Shown here in pieces: positions 20,810 to 31,826 of a DNA stretch of 64,000 nt (its first letter is position 1; each line of letters opens with the position of its first letter). Source of the stretch: a virus; the IMG/VR virus record IMGVR_UViG_3300027816_000069, positions 1 through 64,000 of that record; one strand, given 5' to 3'. A program made the position numbers and the translations under genes. Under the pieces are notes generated by a model. It had not been told where the DNA came from. It saw nothing but the letters and a program-made list of their open reading frames with translations, and made no database searches.

Positions 20810-21337
20810 TTAATAAAATTGATTATTTTTAAATCTACTATGATTATAGTCAGGATTATTAAGATTCTGAGGATCAAAATTATTCCCAATAAATGGACTA
20901 AATATGGCTCTAACAGCACTAGCATTGGCCACATCCCAGTGTTCAACCAGATCGTCATATAGAGCGCACGGACCATGCTCAATAATATGTTTCCAACCAG
21001 TAATATTACCACCAACAGATAAACTAGCTGGTCCTAAAGCAGCCCTAATGCCTTCTAGTGCGGCCTTGGTTCTAAAATTGCTCTGATCAATAATACAGGC
21101 AGCTTTGAGACTAACTAAACTAATAAAAATATCATCATTATCTAGTGTAGGATCTGGACTAATACTAAGATTAACCACATCCACAGCATAACTATGATCT
21201 AAAACCACATCAAATTGAACATATTTTGCTGCAACCACTAGGCATTGTTCTATTCTAGAATCATCATAAGTATATGTTGGGCCTAGATCATTAATGAGGG
21301 TGCGTACTATAATGGTTAATTGTTCTTGCCATGCCAT
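20810..21337 (-). CDS. putative head-tail adaptor
   Basis: 175 aa, first gene after capsid; VRTLIND...YTYDD-type N-terminus. Confidence 0.55.
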   Translation of the reverse strand: MAWQEQLTIIVRTLINDLGPTYTYDDSRIEQCLVVAAKYVQFDVVLDHSYAVDVVNLSISPDPTLDNDDIFISLVSLKAACIIDQSNFRTKAALEGIRAALGPASLSVGGNITGWKHIIEHGPCALYDDLVEHWDVANASAVRAIFSPFIGNNFDPQNLNNPDYNHSRFKNNQFY

Positions 21338-21377
21338 AAGTCTGTCCCCGTGTGAGTAATATGATTTCTATTATAGA

Positions 21378-21385
21378 TATACACC
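21378..21385 (-). promoter_or_regulatory. putative late promoter motif GGTGTATA
   Basis: Immediately after capsid terminator, upstream of neck genes. Confidence 0.6.
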
Positions 21386-21387
21386 TA

Positions 21388-21418
21388 TAAAATAAGAAAG
21401 GCTGGCACAAGGCCAGCC
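21388..21418 (-). terminator. intrinsic terminator after major capsid gene
   Basis: GGCTGGC/GCCAGCC stem followed by U-rich tract on minus strand. Confidence 0.75.
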
Positions 21419-21451
21419 CATCTTACTTTTTGAGTATTAATCTCAATGAGA

Positions 21452-22462
21452 TTAGAGAGATCCGAGTAGAACTCTACGATTGTCTAGAACAGCAAAGCCC
21501 TGTTCGCCCCAACCATAGAAACCAGCTCTCTTCTGACGATGAAGAGTATCGTCTTCGAAGATTTGAACTTCTTGACGAACTGGCATTATGAAACTATCTC
21601 TCTTGCGTAGATCAAGACCAACTACTAGTTCAACGTCACCTTCTGGTAGTGTGCTAGTGAGCACATTGTCGAAGAATAGTTGATACTCTTGACCTTCGCC
21701 AAGCTCATCACGATCATGTAGATTGACGCCGAATACACGATTAAGTGTACCATCAGCAGCAACATAAATCTCACGACGAGTAATTTCGTCTACCTGATCT
21801 AGACCCCAGTTGCGAATGTCTTCCATTGCTTCTGGAGAAACATAAAGGTCAGTTAGCATACCACGGTTATTACTGGCACTGTTGCCACCACCGTTTCTAC
21901 GCATAACTGTCTTCATAAGAGAAACTAATCTCTTGGTAAACTGACCACTATCAGCATCGCTATCAAATACTACGATATTGCGATCAACACCAGCAGCAAG
22001 TAGCGTATGCCAGCCGTCGTCGTTCATCTTCTTAACAAATTGAGCTTCCATAACTTCCATAGCACGACCAACAACGTCCCAACGAGCGTCACGAGCATAC
22101 TTTAGAAGATAATCAATGCTGGCACCAATATCATATGTTGGCACCATAACATAATCACCCTCAACATGGCGCTCTGGAATATAGCCATGATTAGGAATTG
22201 TGTAAGCCACAAAATCCTTCTCAGTGCCTGGAGCAATGAAATCTAATGGAAATTCTGGAGTGGCACTTTGAGCAAGAACGATTGGCTCAAAAATGTTATC
22301 TAGAATATTACCATTTAGGATACCCTGACGGAGTGGAAGTTCTAGGGCTTTTGCAAACTCCGAATTTGCGGCTAAAGCCTCCTCTTTATTCAGTGAACCA
22401 GAGCGAACTAAGAGGTCAGTTAGTTCTGGAGTGGGTTGAAATGACTTAGTATTAGCTGACAT
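21452..22462 (-). CDS. major capsid protein
   Basis: 336 aa after protease/scaffold and decoration genes, strong RBS, followed by terminator, HK97-like C-terminus (GFYGWGEQGFAVLD). Confidence 0.8.
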   Translation of the reverse strand: MSANTKSFQPTPELTDLLVRSGSLNKEEALAANSEFAKALELPLRQGILNGNILDNIFEPIVLAQSATPEFPLDFIAPGTEKDFVAYTIPNHGYIPERHVEGDYVMVPTYDIGASIDYLLKYARDARWDVVGRAMEVMEAQFVKKMNDDGWHTLLAAGVDRNIVVFDSDADSGQFTKRLVSLMKTVMRRNGGGNSASNNRGMLTDLYVSPEAMEDIRNWGLDQVDEITRREIYVAADGTLNRVFGVNLHDRDELGEGQEYQLFFDNVLTSTLPEGDVELVVGLDLRKRDSFIMPVRQEVQIFEDDTLHRQKRAGFYGWGEQGFAVLDNRRVLLGSL

Positions 22463-22484
22463 TGTTTATTTCTCCGTTTCTTAA

Positions 22485-22934
22485 TTACTGAATGTTGACT
22501 GCGACTTTAGCATAACCATCAGCATCCTTACCGCTAAGGAATGTACCGATTTTAACAGCATTTGTTGATGTTGTGGAAACTGCACCACTAACTCCAACAT
22601 AAGCAGCATCACCAGCAGATGGATTTCCAGTTACTTTATCTGTTGTGACCTGACCAACTCTTAGAAGAGTGACCTTGCCACCAACCTGAACTTCATCTTT
22701 GTGCCAGTTGATATGCTGTCTTGTTAGATCAAGATCAACAACATCATTGAGTAGAATACCGGCTGGTACGCTACCAGATACAGCAGCAGCATAAGCTACA
22801 ACAGCATCAGCATCGTCCATAGAGACACCAACACCACCAGTAACAAAACTGGCAACGCCGCCTCTTTCTGCTGTTGTGTTCATGAAAAATGAAATATCAG
22901 TTAAATGTTCGATACGATCTGGTTTAAGAGCCAT
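22485..22934 (-). CDS. head decoration/cement protein
   Basis: 149 aa, Gly/Ala/Val-rich, directly upstream of capsid gene. Confidence 0.65.
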   Translation of the reverse strand: MALKPDRIEHLTDISFFMNTTAERGGVASFVTGGVGVSMDDADAVVAYAAAVSGSVPAGILLNDVVDLDLTRQHINWHKDEVQVGGKVTLLRVGQVTTDKVTGNPSAGDAAYVGVSGAVSTTSTNAVKIGTFLSGKDADGYAKVAVNIQ

Positions 22935-22936
22935 TG

Positions 22937-24394
22937 TTATTCTCCCTTATTAAGTTTTTTACCGAGTCTAGTGCAAACAAAATCTACTAGTGCAGCGCGT
23001 GTGTTTTGAACACTATCGTCTTCACTACCAACAGTAATAGTAACATCTGTTGGTTCTTCAACATTTTCAAGAGCCTGAGTTAGATCTTCACTCTTGGTTT
23101 CTGTTGTTTCTTCAGCCATAGCGTTTTTATCTTCTTTCTTCTTTTTCATCTTCAACACTTCTGTCATAGCAGCAAATGTTTCGTCGTCTACGGCATCAAA
23201 TCTTTCTACGATAGCTTCTACTTCACTACTATCCATACCACTCTCAATTAGAGCGGCCTTGCGTACCATTTTCTTTTCTTTCTTCATGTAAGCGGCTAAA
23301 GATGTTGAAGTTTCTGATAGCTTTGTTTCTAGTTCAGAAATAGAAGCCATCATCTTTTTCTTCTCTTCTTCCATGTCTTTCATCTTCTTGGCGGCCTCTT
23401 CATGCTCAACTGATAGTGCCTCTTTTTCTGACTGTAAAGAAGCAACAACCTCAGCATGAGATGCTGTTAAAGATTCTAGTTGTGTTCTGAGTTCAGCAAT
23501 AGTTGTTTCTGCGGCCTGAGTAGCCTCGGCACAATCAGCAACAACTTGTGTATTTTCTTCGCTCATAGTTATATTCTCCGAATTAATATTGGACTGTGAA
23601 ACTATTACACCTGATTTTGAAATATCTTCATTTTTTGGTAAATTCATATTATTAACAAACTTAAATGAGTCTTTACTAAATATTATACTATCTGGATTTG
23701 CTGGCCTGTCAACATATCCTTTACCAGAAAAAGTAATATTTCTTAGCACTCTACCAATACGATAATTTTCATGTTCACCCATACCACCATAGGCTCTTAA
23801 GTACTTACTCAAATATGCTGTATTATTATCTCTAGCTAATACTTTATATTCTCCGGTACCTTTATTAATTAGGCCATAATCAAAACCCTTGAAAAAACAT
23901 TCCATACTAACATATTTTGTGCCATTTTCTATTTCTTCTATTAATGCATTGGTTCTTTTTTGTAATTCAGGTTTTGTATAAGATTTATAAATTACAGCGC
24001 CGGTTAAAATATGATATTTATCAGGCAGATTTTCTATGGGCGTATTTTCATCAATTAAAATACCATCTTCTGTAATTGGATAATTAGATACAATATGACC
24101 AATTATTAAACCTTCATCATGTTCTAAGTTTGTGGGTTTGTGTTCGGGACTGTGTCTAGCTGCCCATACCTCATTTTTATCAAAAATATCATCATTTTTA
24201 TTCCAACTACTGCTGACTAAAATAGATTGTGTATAGTATAAATCGCTGTCGTCCATTGAAGCTAATGCTTTAAAAAAGCCCATAGACTGTGAGCCTTTAT
24301 CACATGGTTCAAGAGCAGCTGCATAAGATATGCTAGCAGAAGCGCTAATTAATTCGCCAATATTATCATCAAGTTCTGATTGAAAAATTTGCAT
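22937..24394 (-). CDS. prohead protease-scaffold fusion
   Basis: N-terminal protease-like region (NLEH, VSMEC, FSGKGYVDRPANPDS) plus Glu/Lys-rich coiled-coil C-terminus. Confidence 0.7.
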   Translation of the reverse strand: MQIFQSELDDNIGELISASASISYAAALEPCDKGSQSMGFFKALASMDDSDLYYTQSILVSSSWNKNDDIFDKNEVWAARHSPEHKPTNLEHDEGLIIGHIVSNYPITEDGILIDENTPIENLPDKYHILTGAVIYKSYTKPELQKRTNALIEEIENGTKYVSMECFFKGFDYGLINKGTGEYKVLARDNNTAYLSKYLRAYGGMGEHENYRIGRVLRNITFSGKGYVDRPANPDSIIFSKDSFKFVNNMNLPKNEDISKSGVIVSQSNINSENITMSEENTQVVADCAEATQAAETTIAELRTQLESLTASHAEVVASLQSEKEALSVEHEEAAKKMKDMEEEKKKMMASISELETKLSETSTSLAAYMKKEKKMVRKAALIESGMDSSEVEAIVERFDAVDDETFAAMTEVLKMKKKKEDKNAMAEETTETKSEDLTQALENVEEPTDVTITVGSEDDSVQNTRAALVDFVCTRLGKKLNKGE

Positions 24395-24412
24395 AAATAT
24401 TCCCTTAATTAA

Positions 24413-26596
24413 TTAGGTATACACCGTTGCATAAAAAGATGACTTCAGGCTTTTAATCTCGTCTATGTTTAATATTTTATCAAGTTCACCACTAATTTGT
24501 TTAATCCAATAATTTAAACTATTAAATTGAATCATAATATTTTGATCATCAATATTACTAATAGCTTTATTTACACTATGTTCATCAATTTTGGAGTAGG
24601 CTTGTATATTTAAAAGAATTTTAGTCTTAAAATCATCTAATTCTTTACTTTCTTTAGCAGACAGTTTTCTAAGATTATCTTTTTGATAAAATTCTAATAA
24701 CATTGGATTAACAATTTCACTTATTTTATCTTGAGCTTCATTTGCCCACAATGCTAATGATGCTCCTGTTCTTGGCGAAAAATCTTTTTCTTTTCTTTGT
24801 TTAGAGTCTTTACTATTTTTGGGGCGGCCTTGACCAGATACTCCTATGGGTCCACTACTGGAATTAGGACTATTACCAATCTTTGGCGCTGCTGGAAACT
24901 GCGCTTTCATTTCTAATCCAGTGATCTCTCCTCTCTTTTTAGGCTCTAATTCCAAACCAACCTGACTTGGTGTGACAATACCTAATTGTAAAGCAATCTT
25001 TTTAAGACCATTTTCAAAATTGGCATCATAATATGGACCGGCTTTTTGCACCATGCGATTAGCATTTCTGTCTCTATCTTCTCTATTAATTCTAAACTTT
25101 TCCATAACAGGATCTATGCCGAATTTCATTTGCAATAATTCATCACTAATTACGCTTCTATCTGCAAGCTGTATAAGTAAAGCTTTTTCTGCGTCTTCAT
25201 TGCTTAAATCCATTCTATCAAATTCTATTTTAGCAGCATACTTAAAGCCCATAGCTTTTTGTACAATCTCGATTTCTTTATCCCAAAAATTCACTAATAC
25301 ATCCCTACCATACTGTAATCTTTGTGTAAGAGTTTTTAAGCTAATAAAATTATTAGTAGTTCCAGATGCTCCGAAAGTACCAGTAAGTGTTGGAGGAATA
25401 CCTAATCCAGCATATACAGAGTTAAGATGTGGTATATATTTACCTTCACCCAAAAACTGATGAACATTAGTATTGCTCTCTATTAGTTCAATATCTGGAC
25501 CCCATACCAGATCCATTGTTCCACCTCCCACATTATTGCTTAATATTGCCGATAATTTAGCGGCTGCTGCTTTAGTGGGTGCAATTTTATGTTCTAGACT
25601 GCCTAATTTAAAAATTCTTAAATTTGAAACCGCTCCATCTAGAGCGCACATATCTGCTAATTTTAGCTTTTCTATTACTGTAATATCATCCATAATGGCA
25701 TAAATCATAGGATATGCCCAGGCTTGCCAATCGTCTTTTTTATAGTGATATACTATCGTCTTGTCGGCATTTAATAGATAGGGCTTACGTGTCTTTGCGG
25801 CCTCTATAATGTCTGCCGGTAATTGATTAATAATTTCTTTTTCTATCTCATTTTTAGGACTATTAATAATCTTGCGTAATGGAGATGGTAATATAACTCC
25901 ATATAGTTTTTTATTAGTGAATGACGCTAATGATCCACCCATAACTTCCACATAAGCAGGATCAATAAAGGTATATTTCCATGGAATTTCTTTTTTATTA
26001 ATTGTAATATCTTCATCTTCAGGATCAGGGATATCTGCTGCTGCCGTAGCTCGATACATTTTATCGGTAATTTTATTATTTAGTTTAGCAGTTTGTCTGT
26101 TCAGAACAACATTACCTGTACGATATAAATTATTTAAAAATCTTTCACTACGATCTTTACCATTAATTTTTTTGAACCATGCCTTATAAAATCGTTCTAT
26201 TCTTTTATTTGGGTGAACTATGCGAATACCTTGGCTAGCAAAATCACCCATCAAATCTATAACATTTCGAACTAGACCAACTCTTTGATATATATCATCA
26301 GCATGGTATATGATTCCCTTGATTTTGGTGGGAACAGCTTCTTCTGGTCTAAAAGCATAATAATCATTACGAGTTAATCCCGGACGACCACCAACATTAG
26401 TATCTAAGTTAGAAAAATCTAATCTGGTGCGTCTGGCTGTGGTTCTTTCTACAACATTATATTCTGATAAAGATTCTGATGAGGCTTTTAGAGCTTTTTC
26501 TTTACTATCAAGATCATCACCCCATGTAACATAAGCAGACTCATCAACAATTTGAGCATTCTGAATAATCTGATTTTTTGAGTGTTGTTTAGCCAT
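24413..26596 (-). CDS. portal protein
   Basis: 727 aa between terminase and protease; AGLGIPPTL motif. Confidence 0.75.
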   Translation of the reverse strand: MAKQHSKNQIIQNAQIVDESAYVTWGDDLDSKEKALKASSESLSEYNVVERTTARRTRLDFSNLDTNVGGRPGLTRNDYYAFRPEEAVPTKIKGIIYHADDIYQRVGLVRNVIDLMGDFASQGIRIVHPNKRIERFYKAWFKKINGKDRSERFLNNLYRTGNVVLNRQTAKLNNKITDKMYRATAAADIPDPEDEDITINKKEIPWKYTFIDPAYVEVMGGSLASFTNKKLYGVILPSPLRKIINSPKNEIEKEIINQLPADIIEAAKTRKPYLLNADKTIVYHYKKDDWQAWAYPMIYAIMDDITVIEKLKLADMCALDGAVSNLRIFKLGSLEHKIAPTKAAAAKLSAILSNNVGGGTMDLVWGPDIELIESNTNVHQFLGEGKYIPHLNSVYAGLGIPPTLTGTFGASGTTNNFISLKTLTQRLQYGRDVLVNFWDKEIEIVQKAMGFKYAAKIEFDRMDLSNEDAEKALLIQLADRSVISDELLQMKFGIDPVMEKFRINREDRDRNANRMVQKAGPYYDANFENGLKKIALQLGIVTPSQVGLELEPKKRGEITGLEMKAQFPAAPKIGNSPNSSSGPIGVSGQGRPKNSKDSKQRKEKDFSPRTGASLALWANEAQDKISEIVNPMLLEFYQKDNLRKLSAKESKELDDFKTKILLNIQAYSKIDEHSVNKAISNIDDQNIMIQFNSLNYWIKQISGELDKILNIDEIKSLKSSFYATVYT
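24418..24425 (-). promoter_or_regulatory. putative late promoter motif GGTGTATA
   Basis: Upstream of protease/capsid genes. Confidence 0.55.
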
Positions 26597-26638
26597 ATTT
26601 TTTAATATCTTTGTAATTGTATTATATTAGTATTAACT

Positions 26639-26646
26639 TATACACC
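26639..26646 (-). promoter_or_regulatory. putative late promoter motif GGTGTATA
   Basis: Intergenic, upstream of portal. Confidence 0.6.
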
Positions 26647-26650
26647 ATAA

Positions 26651-28690
26651 TTATCTATATATGCCACCATAAATACCTTCTTCATTGGCGGCTGATGTAA
26701 ACCACTCAGGCCCTTTGTATAATTGGCCGCTTATCTTGCCACCATCCTTAGTGGATCCTCCTATAACATTATATTCTGGACCAGATAAAACCCTATTCAT
26801 TTGTCTTGCTAACATATTAGCAATTACCAAGGAGCTATATCGGTCTTTTCTTAATCTGCCTTTTCTGCCATTTGCCGTCTTTACTTCAGGAGTATCCCAC
26901 CGATCTCTTGATCCAGAAGCTCCACTAGTATGTGTCATTACAATCGTAGTTAATTCATTCTTTAATTCTTCTATTTCTAGAATACACTCACTTAAACTAT
27001 CATACAAGGGACTGCTGAGATCTGTAGCTAATATGTCCTTGCCTTCATTTTCTAGCGCTAAACCTAGTGTAAGATTATCAAATCGTGGAAACAATAAAGC
27101 TTTATCTTCCAAGTCTTTGCGTAATCCATGATTAGCCTGTGCTGTCCAATCTGCTCGTGCAAATTGTACCAGTTCTAAAATATGTAAACCAACCTGATTA
27201 TCTGTGTCCTTAGATTTATCATAATCAATAACTGGCCATATTAATTGTTCGCCATCATTTAAATTTTGAGGATCGTGTAAAGCTTCTTCAATAGCAACTC
27301 CACCACCTTGAGCGTCCATACCTATTCGCACAGGAGGAAAAGTATGCATTAAACTACGAATCTTTTTAGCACAAAAACTATAAAAATCGTGTTCTGCAAC
27401 TAATCCTGTTTTTTGTCTTTCTTTAAAATTACTTCTATTAGTAGTCCAACAATAGACAATGCGACTATGATCTTTATATAATTCTAGAATAACTATACTA
27501 AAATTGTCCTGTTCAGAGGCGGGATCAATACCATAAATATATTGTTTATTAATATCTCCTTTTATAGTAGCATCGAATACTACTTTACCACTCATGGGTA
27601 AGATTATATCCTTTTTATTGTCTGTAACACAACTTTCTATAAGGCTACGCTTAAAAAATCCATCGCTATCTGCTGTAAAACAAGCAGCATATTCCATATT
27701 ATATATACCAGTATGAATAGTTGCTTTGGCTCGTGCAACCTGTTTATCATCCATAAATCCTGTAGGTATTAATTCATATGGAATGCGGATAATACTATAA
27801 TCTTTCCAGTTAAAATTATTAGGAACTTCACCCTTAAAAATCTCCTCTAGTTTATGTTGATCTCCTTGGCTTTCTATAATAGCTTTATATCTTCTCCAAT
27901 AGCTAGCAAAATGTTTGAATGCATAATCAGCAGTGCCACTAATAATAGCCTGATTACCCATTTTATATTCTAGTGCTTCTAATTCATTATTCCATAATCC
28001 TGCTGCTTTCATCGCTTTCTTTTTCGCTTCTTCTTTAACATTCTGTATAGGACTAGCACTAACAGCAGCGAATCCTGAGACTACTGTTTCATAAATATCA
28101 GGACTAATACTAGCAAATTCGTCTGCAATAATAATATGTGCTCTAAGACCTCTAATCTTACTACCGTCGCCCATTGGGATAGCCACAGCCCAACTATCAC
28201 CAAGTCTGATAGTGCATCTGTCAACATCTCGTCGTGGACCATCATCATTACCATTAAAAATACTACGCAATATGGAACTAGTTCTCCATATATTTTCCAT
28301 ATATTCAAAGATAATTTTACTTTGACGAAAAGCCGCGCCCACAATAACTATTTTAGTTCCAGGATAAAATATGCATTTTAATACAGCATATAAGGCTAAT
28401 AAAAAACTTTTTCCCCAACCACGACTAGCAATATACATAGGAAATGGACGTATCCAAAATTCTTGCAGTATGGCTATTTGAATGGGGTGCAGTTCTATGC
28501 CAAATAATAATTTAACCGTCATACCAAAATATTCTGGATTTTTCATTAATCTTAATAGATGCAAATCGGGATTTTCTATATCATTCTTGGACCTATAGAT
28601 CATAGGGTTTTTAGGAATGATAATTTTTGATAAATCGCCAAGGCCAAGCCATGCGTCATCAAATATGTGTTTATCCTTGATTAAGCCCAT
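26651..28690 (-). CDS. terL: terminase large subunit
   Basis: Walker A ASRGWGKS, Walker B IIIADE, nuclease YGIDPASEQD, C-terminal KDRYSSL. Confidence 0.9.
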   Translation of the reverse strand: MGLIKDKHIFDDAWLGLGDLSKIIIPKNPMIYRSKNDIENPDLHLLRLMKNPEYFGMTVKLLFGIELHPIQIAILQEFWIRPFPMYIASRGWGKSFLLALYAVLKCIFYPGTKIVIVGAAFRQSKIIFEYMENIWRTSSILRSIFNGNDDGPRRDVDRCTIRLGDSWAVAIPMGDGSKIRGLRAHIIIADEFASISPDIYETVVSGFAAVSASPIQNVKEEAKKKAMKAAGLWNNELEALEYKMGNQAIISGTADYAFKHFASYWRRYKAIIESQGDQHKLEEIFKGEVPNNFNWKDYSIIRIPYELIPTGFMDDKQVARAKATIHTGIYNMEYAACFTADSDGFFKRSLIESCVTDNKKDIILPMSGKVVFDATIKGDINKQYIYGIDPASEQDNFSIVILELYKDHSRIVYCWTTNRSNFKERQKTGLVAEHDFYSFCAKKIRSLMHTFPPVRIGMDAQGGGVAIEEALHDPQNLNDGEQLIWPVIDYDKSKDTDNQVGLHILELVQFARADWTAQANHGLRKDLEDKALLFPRFDNLTLGLALENEGKDILATDLSSPLYDSLSECILEIEELKNELTTIVMTHTSGASGSRDRWDTPEVKTANGRKGRLRKDRYSSLVIANMLARQMNRVLSGPEYNVIGGSTKDGGKISGQLYKGPEWFTSAANEEGIYGGIYR

Positions 28691-29141
28691 ATAGATTATA
28701 AACTCTTTTCATGATGGAAAGTGCTGTTTTTTCTGCCCATTCTGGAGAACCACAAAAAACAACATGAATATTATGATGCACAGATAGTTCTGTTAGGAAC
28801 TTTAGTATGAATGCTGGACTAATTTTGATTTTTGACCATGTTTTTTTTGGAACGTCTGAGCCTATTGGATAGTTCATCATTTGATCGTAGTGGCATTCTA
28901 TGAGAATATATGCGTGTTTATACTGTTTCATACGTTCTATTACATCTTTAAATCTTGGTTCTGTCATATTATTAGCTATTTCAGCTATGCCATTTTTACG
29001 CTCTATACATAGAATATTTTCTAAGCCTTCTATACTATAATCGCCAGTATCTAATTTTTTATTGGCTTTAGCATTGTATGGAAATTTCCACGGATGTTGC
29101 TCTCTGGTATCAATAATAATAGTAAAATCATCTGTATTCAT
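28671..29141 (-). CDS. ERCC4/XPF-family nuclease
   Basis: IIIDTREQ...LDTGDYS...CIERK motifs. Confidence 0.85.
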   Translation of the reverse strand: MNTDDFTIIIDTREQHPWKFPYNAKANKKLDTGDYSIEGLENILCIERKNGIAEIANNMTEPRFKDVIERMKQYKHAYILIECHYDQMMNYPIGSDVPKKTWSKIKISPAFILKFLTELSVHHNIHVVFCGSPEWAEKTALSIMKRVYNLYGLNQG

Positions 29142-29401
29142 TTTTTGCTCGCTATTATTCTCATAAAAGTAGACGCATATGACTCTTCCATACCTTTTAT
29201 AGAATCATGATGTTGTCTACATAGTGTAATACCATTATCTATTACAAATCGTAATCCTGGAAATTGAGCCCAATTTTTAATATGGTGGGCGTTTAATTGT
29301 CGTTTTTTTTGACACCCAGGCCATTGACATTGATGATTATCTCTTGTATAAACTTTCTTTCTCCATTCTTTATATATGGGATCTTGAAAATTTCTAAACA
29401 T
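29138..29401 (-). CDS. HNH endonuclease
   Basis: CQWPGC...AHHI...NGITLCRQHH; start at ATG 29401. Confidence 0.85.
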   Translation of the reverse strand: MFRNFQDPIYKEWRKKVYTRDNHQCQWPGCQKKRQLNAHHIKNWAQFPGLRFVIDNGITLCRQHHDSIKGMEESYASTFMRIIASKK

Positions 29402-30383
29402 TTGCACACTTAATATCATGATGTACCATTTCTTCTACTAAATCATCAAATGAATATTCTGGTTTCCAACCCAGTAGATTTCGAATCTTAGAACTATCGC
29501 CATTCAAATATTCTACTTCTGCTGGTCTATATAAAGTAGGATCTATAGACACATAATCTTCCCAATTTAAATTAACAATTTTAAATGCTTTAACTAAAAA
29601 TTCTTGGACCGAATGCGTAGATCCTGTGGAGACAACATAATCGTCGCCCTGATCTGTTTGTAACATCATATGCATAGCCCTAACATAATCCTTCGCGTGT
29701 CCCCAATCTCTTTTAGCCATTAAATTACCAAGATTTAATCTAGTATGTATTTTATGATTTACTAATTGTCCAATATATTTTGTAATTTTGCGTGTAACAA
29801 AATTCTCACCTCTTCTTGGACTTTCATGATTAAATAATATGCCAGATGATGCATGGATGTTGTATGAGGATCGGTAAATGCGTAGAAGGTTATGGGAAGC
29901 TAACTTAGCAACTCCATAGGGGCTTTGTGGTATCATGGGCGTTTGTTCGTTTTGAAATTTGATATCATCCTGAGCACTAAAACTACAACCAAACATTTCG
30001 CTAGTACTAGCTTGATAAAGACGTGTTGCAGGTGATGAAACTCTAATACTTTCTAGTATATTAATTACTCCTAAAGTATTTATGCTTAGCGTTGTAGTAG
30101 GCTGACTAAAAGATGTTCCAACATGACTCTGAGCAGCTAAATTATAGAACTCATCAGGCTGATATTTTTGTAGTATACCTGAACAAGAAGCACTATCAGT
30201 TAAGTCAAATTCTTCTAATTTGAGCTGTGGCCTATTTAAAATATGTTCAATTCTAGATAAGTTTGGATTACTACATCTTCTCACCAACCCGATCACCCTA
30301 TAATCTAAATTTAATAAAAACTCTGCTAAGTAGGAACCATCTTGTCCTGATATTCCTGATACTATTGCTACTTTATTGCTCAT
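29394..30383 (-). CDS. gmd: GDP-mannose 4,6-dehydratase
   Basis: GISGQDGSYLAE, YNLAAQSHV, YQASTSEMFG, SPYGVAK, LFNHESPRRGENFVTRKIT, RDWGHAKDYV. Confidence 0.95.
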   Translation of the reverse strand: MSNKVAIVSGISGQDGSYLAEFLLNLDYRVIGLVRRCSNPNLSRIEHILNRPQLKLEEFDLTDSASCSGILQKYQPDEFYNLAAQSHVGTSFSQPTTTLSINTLGVINILESIRVSSPATRLYQASTSEMFGCSFSAQDDIKFQNEQTPMIPQSPYGVAKLASHNLLRIYRSSYNIHASSGILFNHESPRRGENFVTRKITKYIGQLVNHKIHTRLNLGNLMAKRDWGHAKDYVRAMHMMLQTDQGDDYVVSTGSTHSVQEFLVKAFKIVNLNWEDYVSIDPTLYRPAEVEYLNGDSSKIRNLLGWKPEYSFDDLVEEMVHHDIKCANV

Positions 30384-31188
30384 TAGTAATGACACTTTCT
30401 GGCGTTAGGAATGGTCGATCCACAGTTTGGTCTGCAAACTCGTGATACGAATGTAAATCTGATACTGCCTTTTCTGTGGCTAAACGAATAATTTCCATCT
30501 CGCGTCCTTCTTTTTCACGAATTTCTTCGTCCTCCAACATGCGTATTAAACCAACCCAGCTACTTTTACCGTCTTCTATTCTTTTGATTCTTTGTTCACG
30601 TGTGGCCTTGAGATCTTTGCTAATTTTTTGCTGTTCGTTTAATAGCTTGGTATATTCATTAGTATAGTTAGCAATGCTATTACGAGCAAATCCTAATTGA
30701 GTTTCAAGATTAGTTAGTCTGGGAATATCTCTTTGAGTTTCTGGTAAAGCATAAATTTTATCTACTTCAACTTGTAGTTTTTCTGTTTCGGCAATATGTC
30801 GTTTGCGCTCTTTCATGCTTCGATTAATCAAAATATCTATTGTGATAAATTGCTTAATTTGTAGTTCTTCTGCTGGTAAAACGTCTTCTCTGAATTGTCT
30901 AATAAGATTAATCCATACGCTTTCAAAATATTCTAATTCGCCGCTCTCATTATCAAATTGCTTTTTAATTTCATTCCAAAAAGTTTTACTGTGTAATTTG
31001 TGCTTTAAATATTCCTCATCATTCAAAATATCATTATCTTCTAATAGCCTATTTTCCACAATGTATCTTTTAACAGGAGCAGCATTACGATTAAGTTGGG
31101 ATGCTATATCATCTATGGATAATTTTTTCACATTATCTCGTATAAACTTTTCTTCATCTAAGCTTAATTGGCCACGTTTTTTAGTCAT
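30373..31188 (-). CDS. HTH/coiled-coil protein (possible terminase small subunit)
   Basis: N-terminal HTH-like SIDDIASQLNR plus long coiled coil; upstream of packaging genes. Confidence 0.45.
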   Translation of the reverse strand: MTKKRGQLSLDEEKFIRDNVKKLSIDDIASQLNRNAAPVKRYIVENRLLEDNDILNDEEYLKHKLHSKTFWNEIKKQFDNESGELEYFESVWINLIRQFREDVLPAEELQIKQFITIDILINRSMKERKRHIAETEKLQVEVDKIYALPETQRDIPRLTNLETQLGFARNSIANYTNEYTKLLNEQQKISKDLKATREQRIKRIEDGKSSWVGLIRMLEDEEIREKEGREMEIIRLATEKAVSDLHSYHEFADQTVDRPFLTPESVITNEQ

Positions 31189-31826
31189 AGAGTATCCGTG
31201 TTAATATTATTATTTTGCAAGATGTGAGAAATATGGTCCTGTAATTTGAGTAAATCTGATTTGCTCACTTTTCCACCCCCCTTGAGCCTCAAATATGTTT
31301 CACGATACTTAAGCTCTAGGTTGTTTTCTATGAATGATAGTAGTTCATTATTGGATATGTGGTAAAGAATATCTTGTGGGTCGGCCGATTTATTTTGATC
31401 GTTTTCTATAGTGGTGGTTTTCATTAGGTTTTTTTTAGTATTGTTACGATTTTCCCACTGAGAATATATTGAACAATCATTTTTATTTTTGTATTTGGAA
31501 CACTGATTAGTCGATTTTAAATTTTTAGGATCATGAAATGGACATCCCACACAAACATTATCTGGGCGAAAATAATTATCTCTTTTAAAGTTAAAGAGCC
31601 GATTTCGCACATGGGTCCACAGAAAGTTTTCTAGTGGGCGCTTATTATCGTAATTTTCTAATCCTTCAAGAGCAAATATTGCTGCTTGTTGCTTCATATC
31701 CTCAATTTCATGATAACCAAATTTAAATTTATAGATTAATTTTTTACTAATAACGTCTAAAGCTTGTAGAAAATCACTTTCTGAAATATGTTTGCGCTTA
31801 AAAATATCATTCTTTTTGTTTGTCAT
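31185..31826 (-). CDS. phage sigma70-family factor (region 2) with Cys cluster
   Basis: EIEDMKQQAAIFALEGLENYD...LENFLWTHVRNRLFNFKRD resembles sigma region 2. Confidence 0.7.
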   Translation of the reverse strand: MTNKKNDIFKRKHISESDFLQALDVISKKLIYKFKFGYHEIEDMKQQAAIFALEGLENYDNKRPLENFLWTHVRNRLFNFKRDNYFRPDNVCVGCPFHDPKNLKSTNQCSKYKNKNDCSIYSQWENRNNTKKNLMKTTTIENDQNKSADPQDILYHISNNELLSFIENNLELKYRETYLRLKGGGKVSKSDLLKLQDHISHILQNNNINTDTL

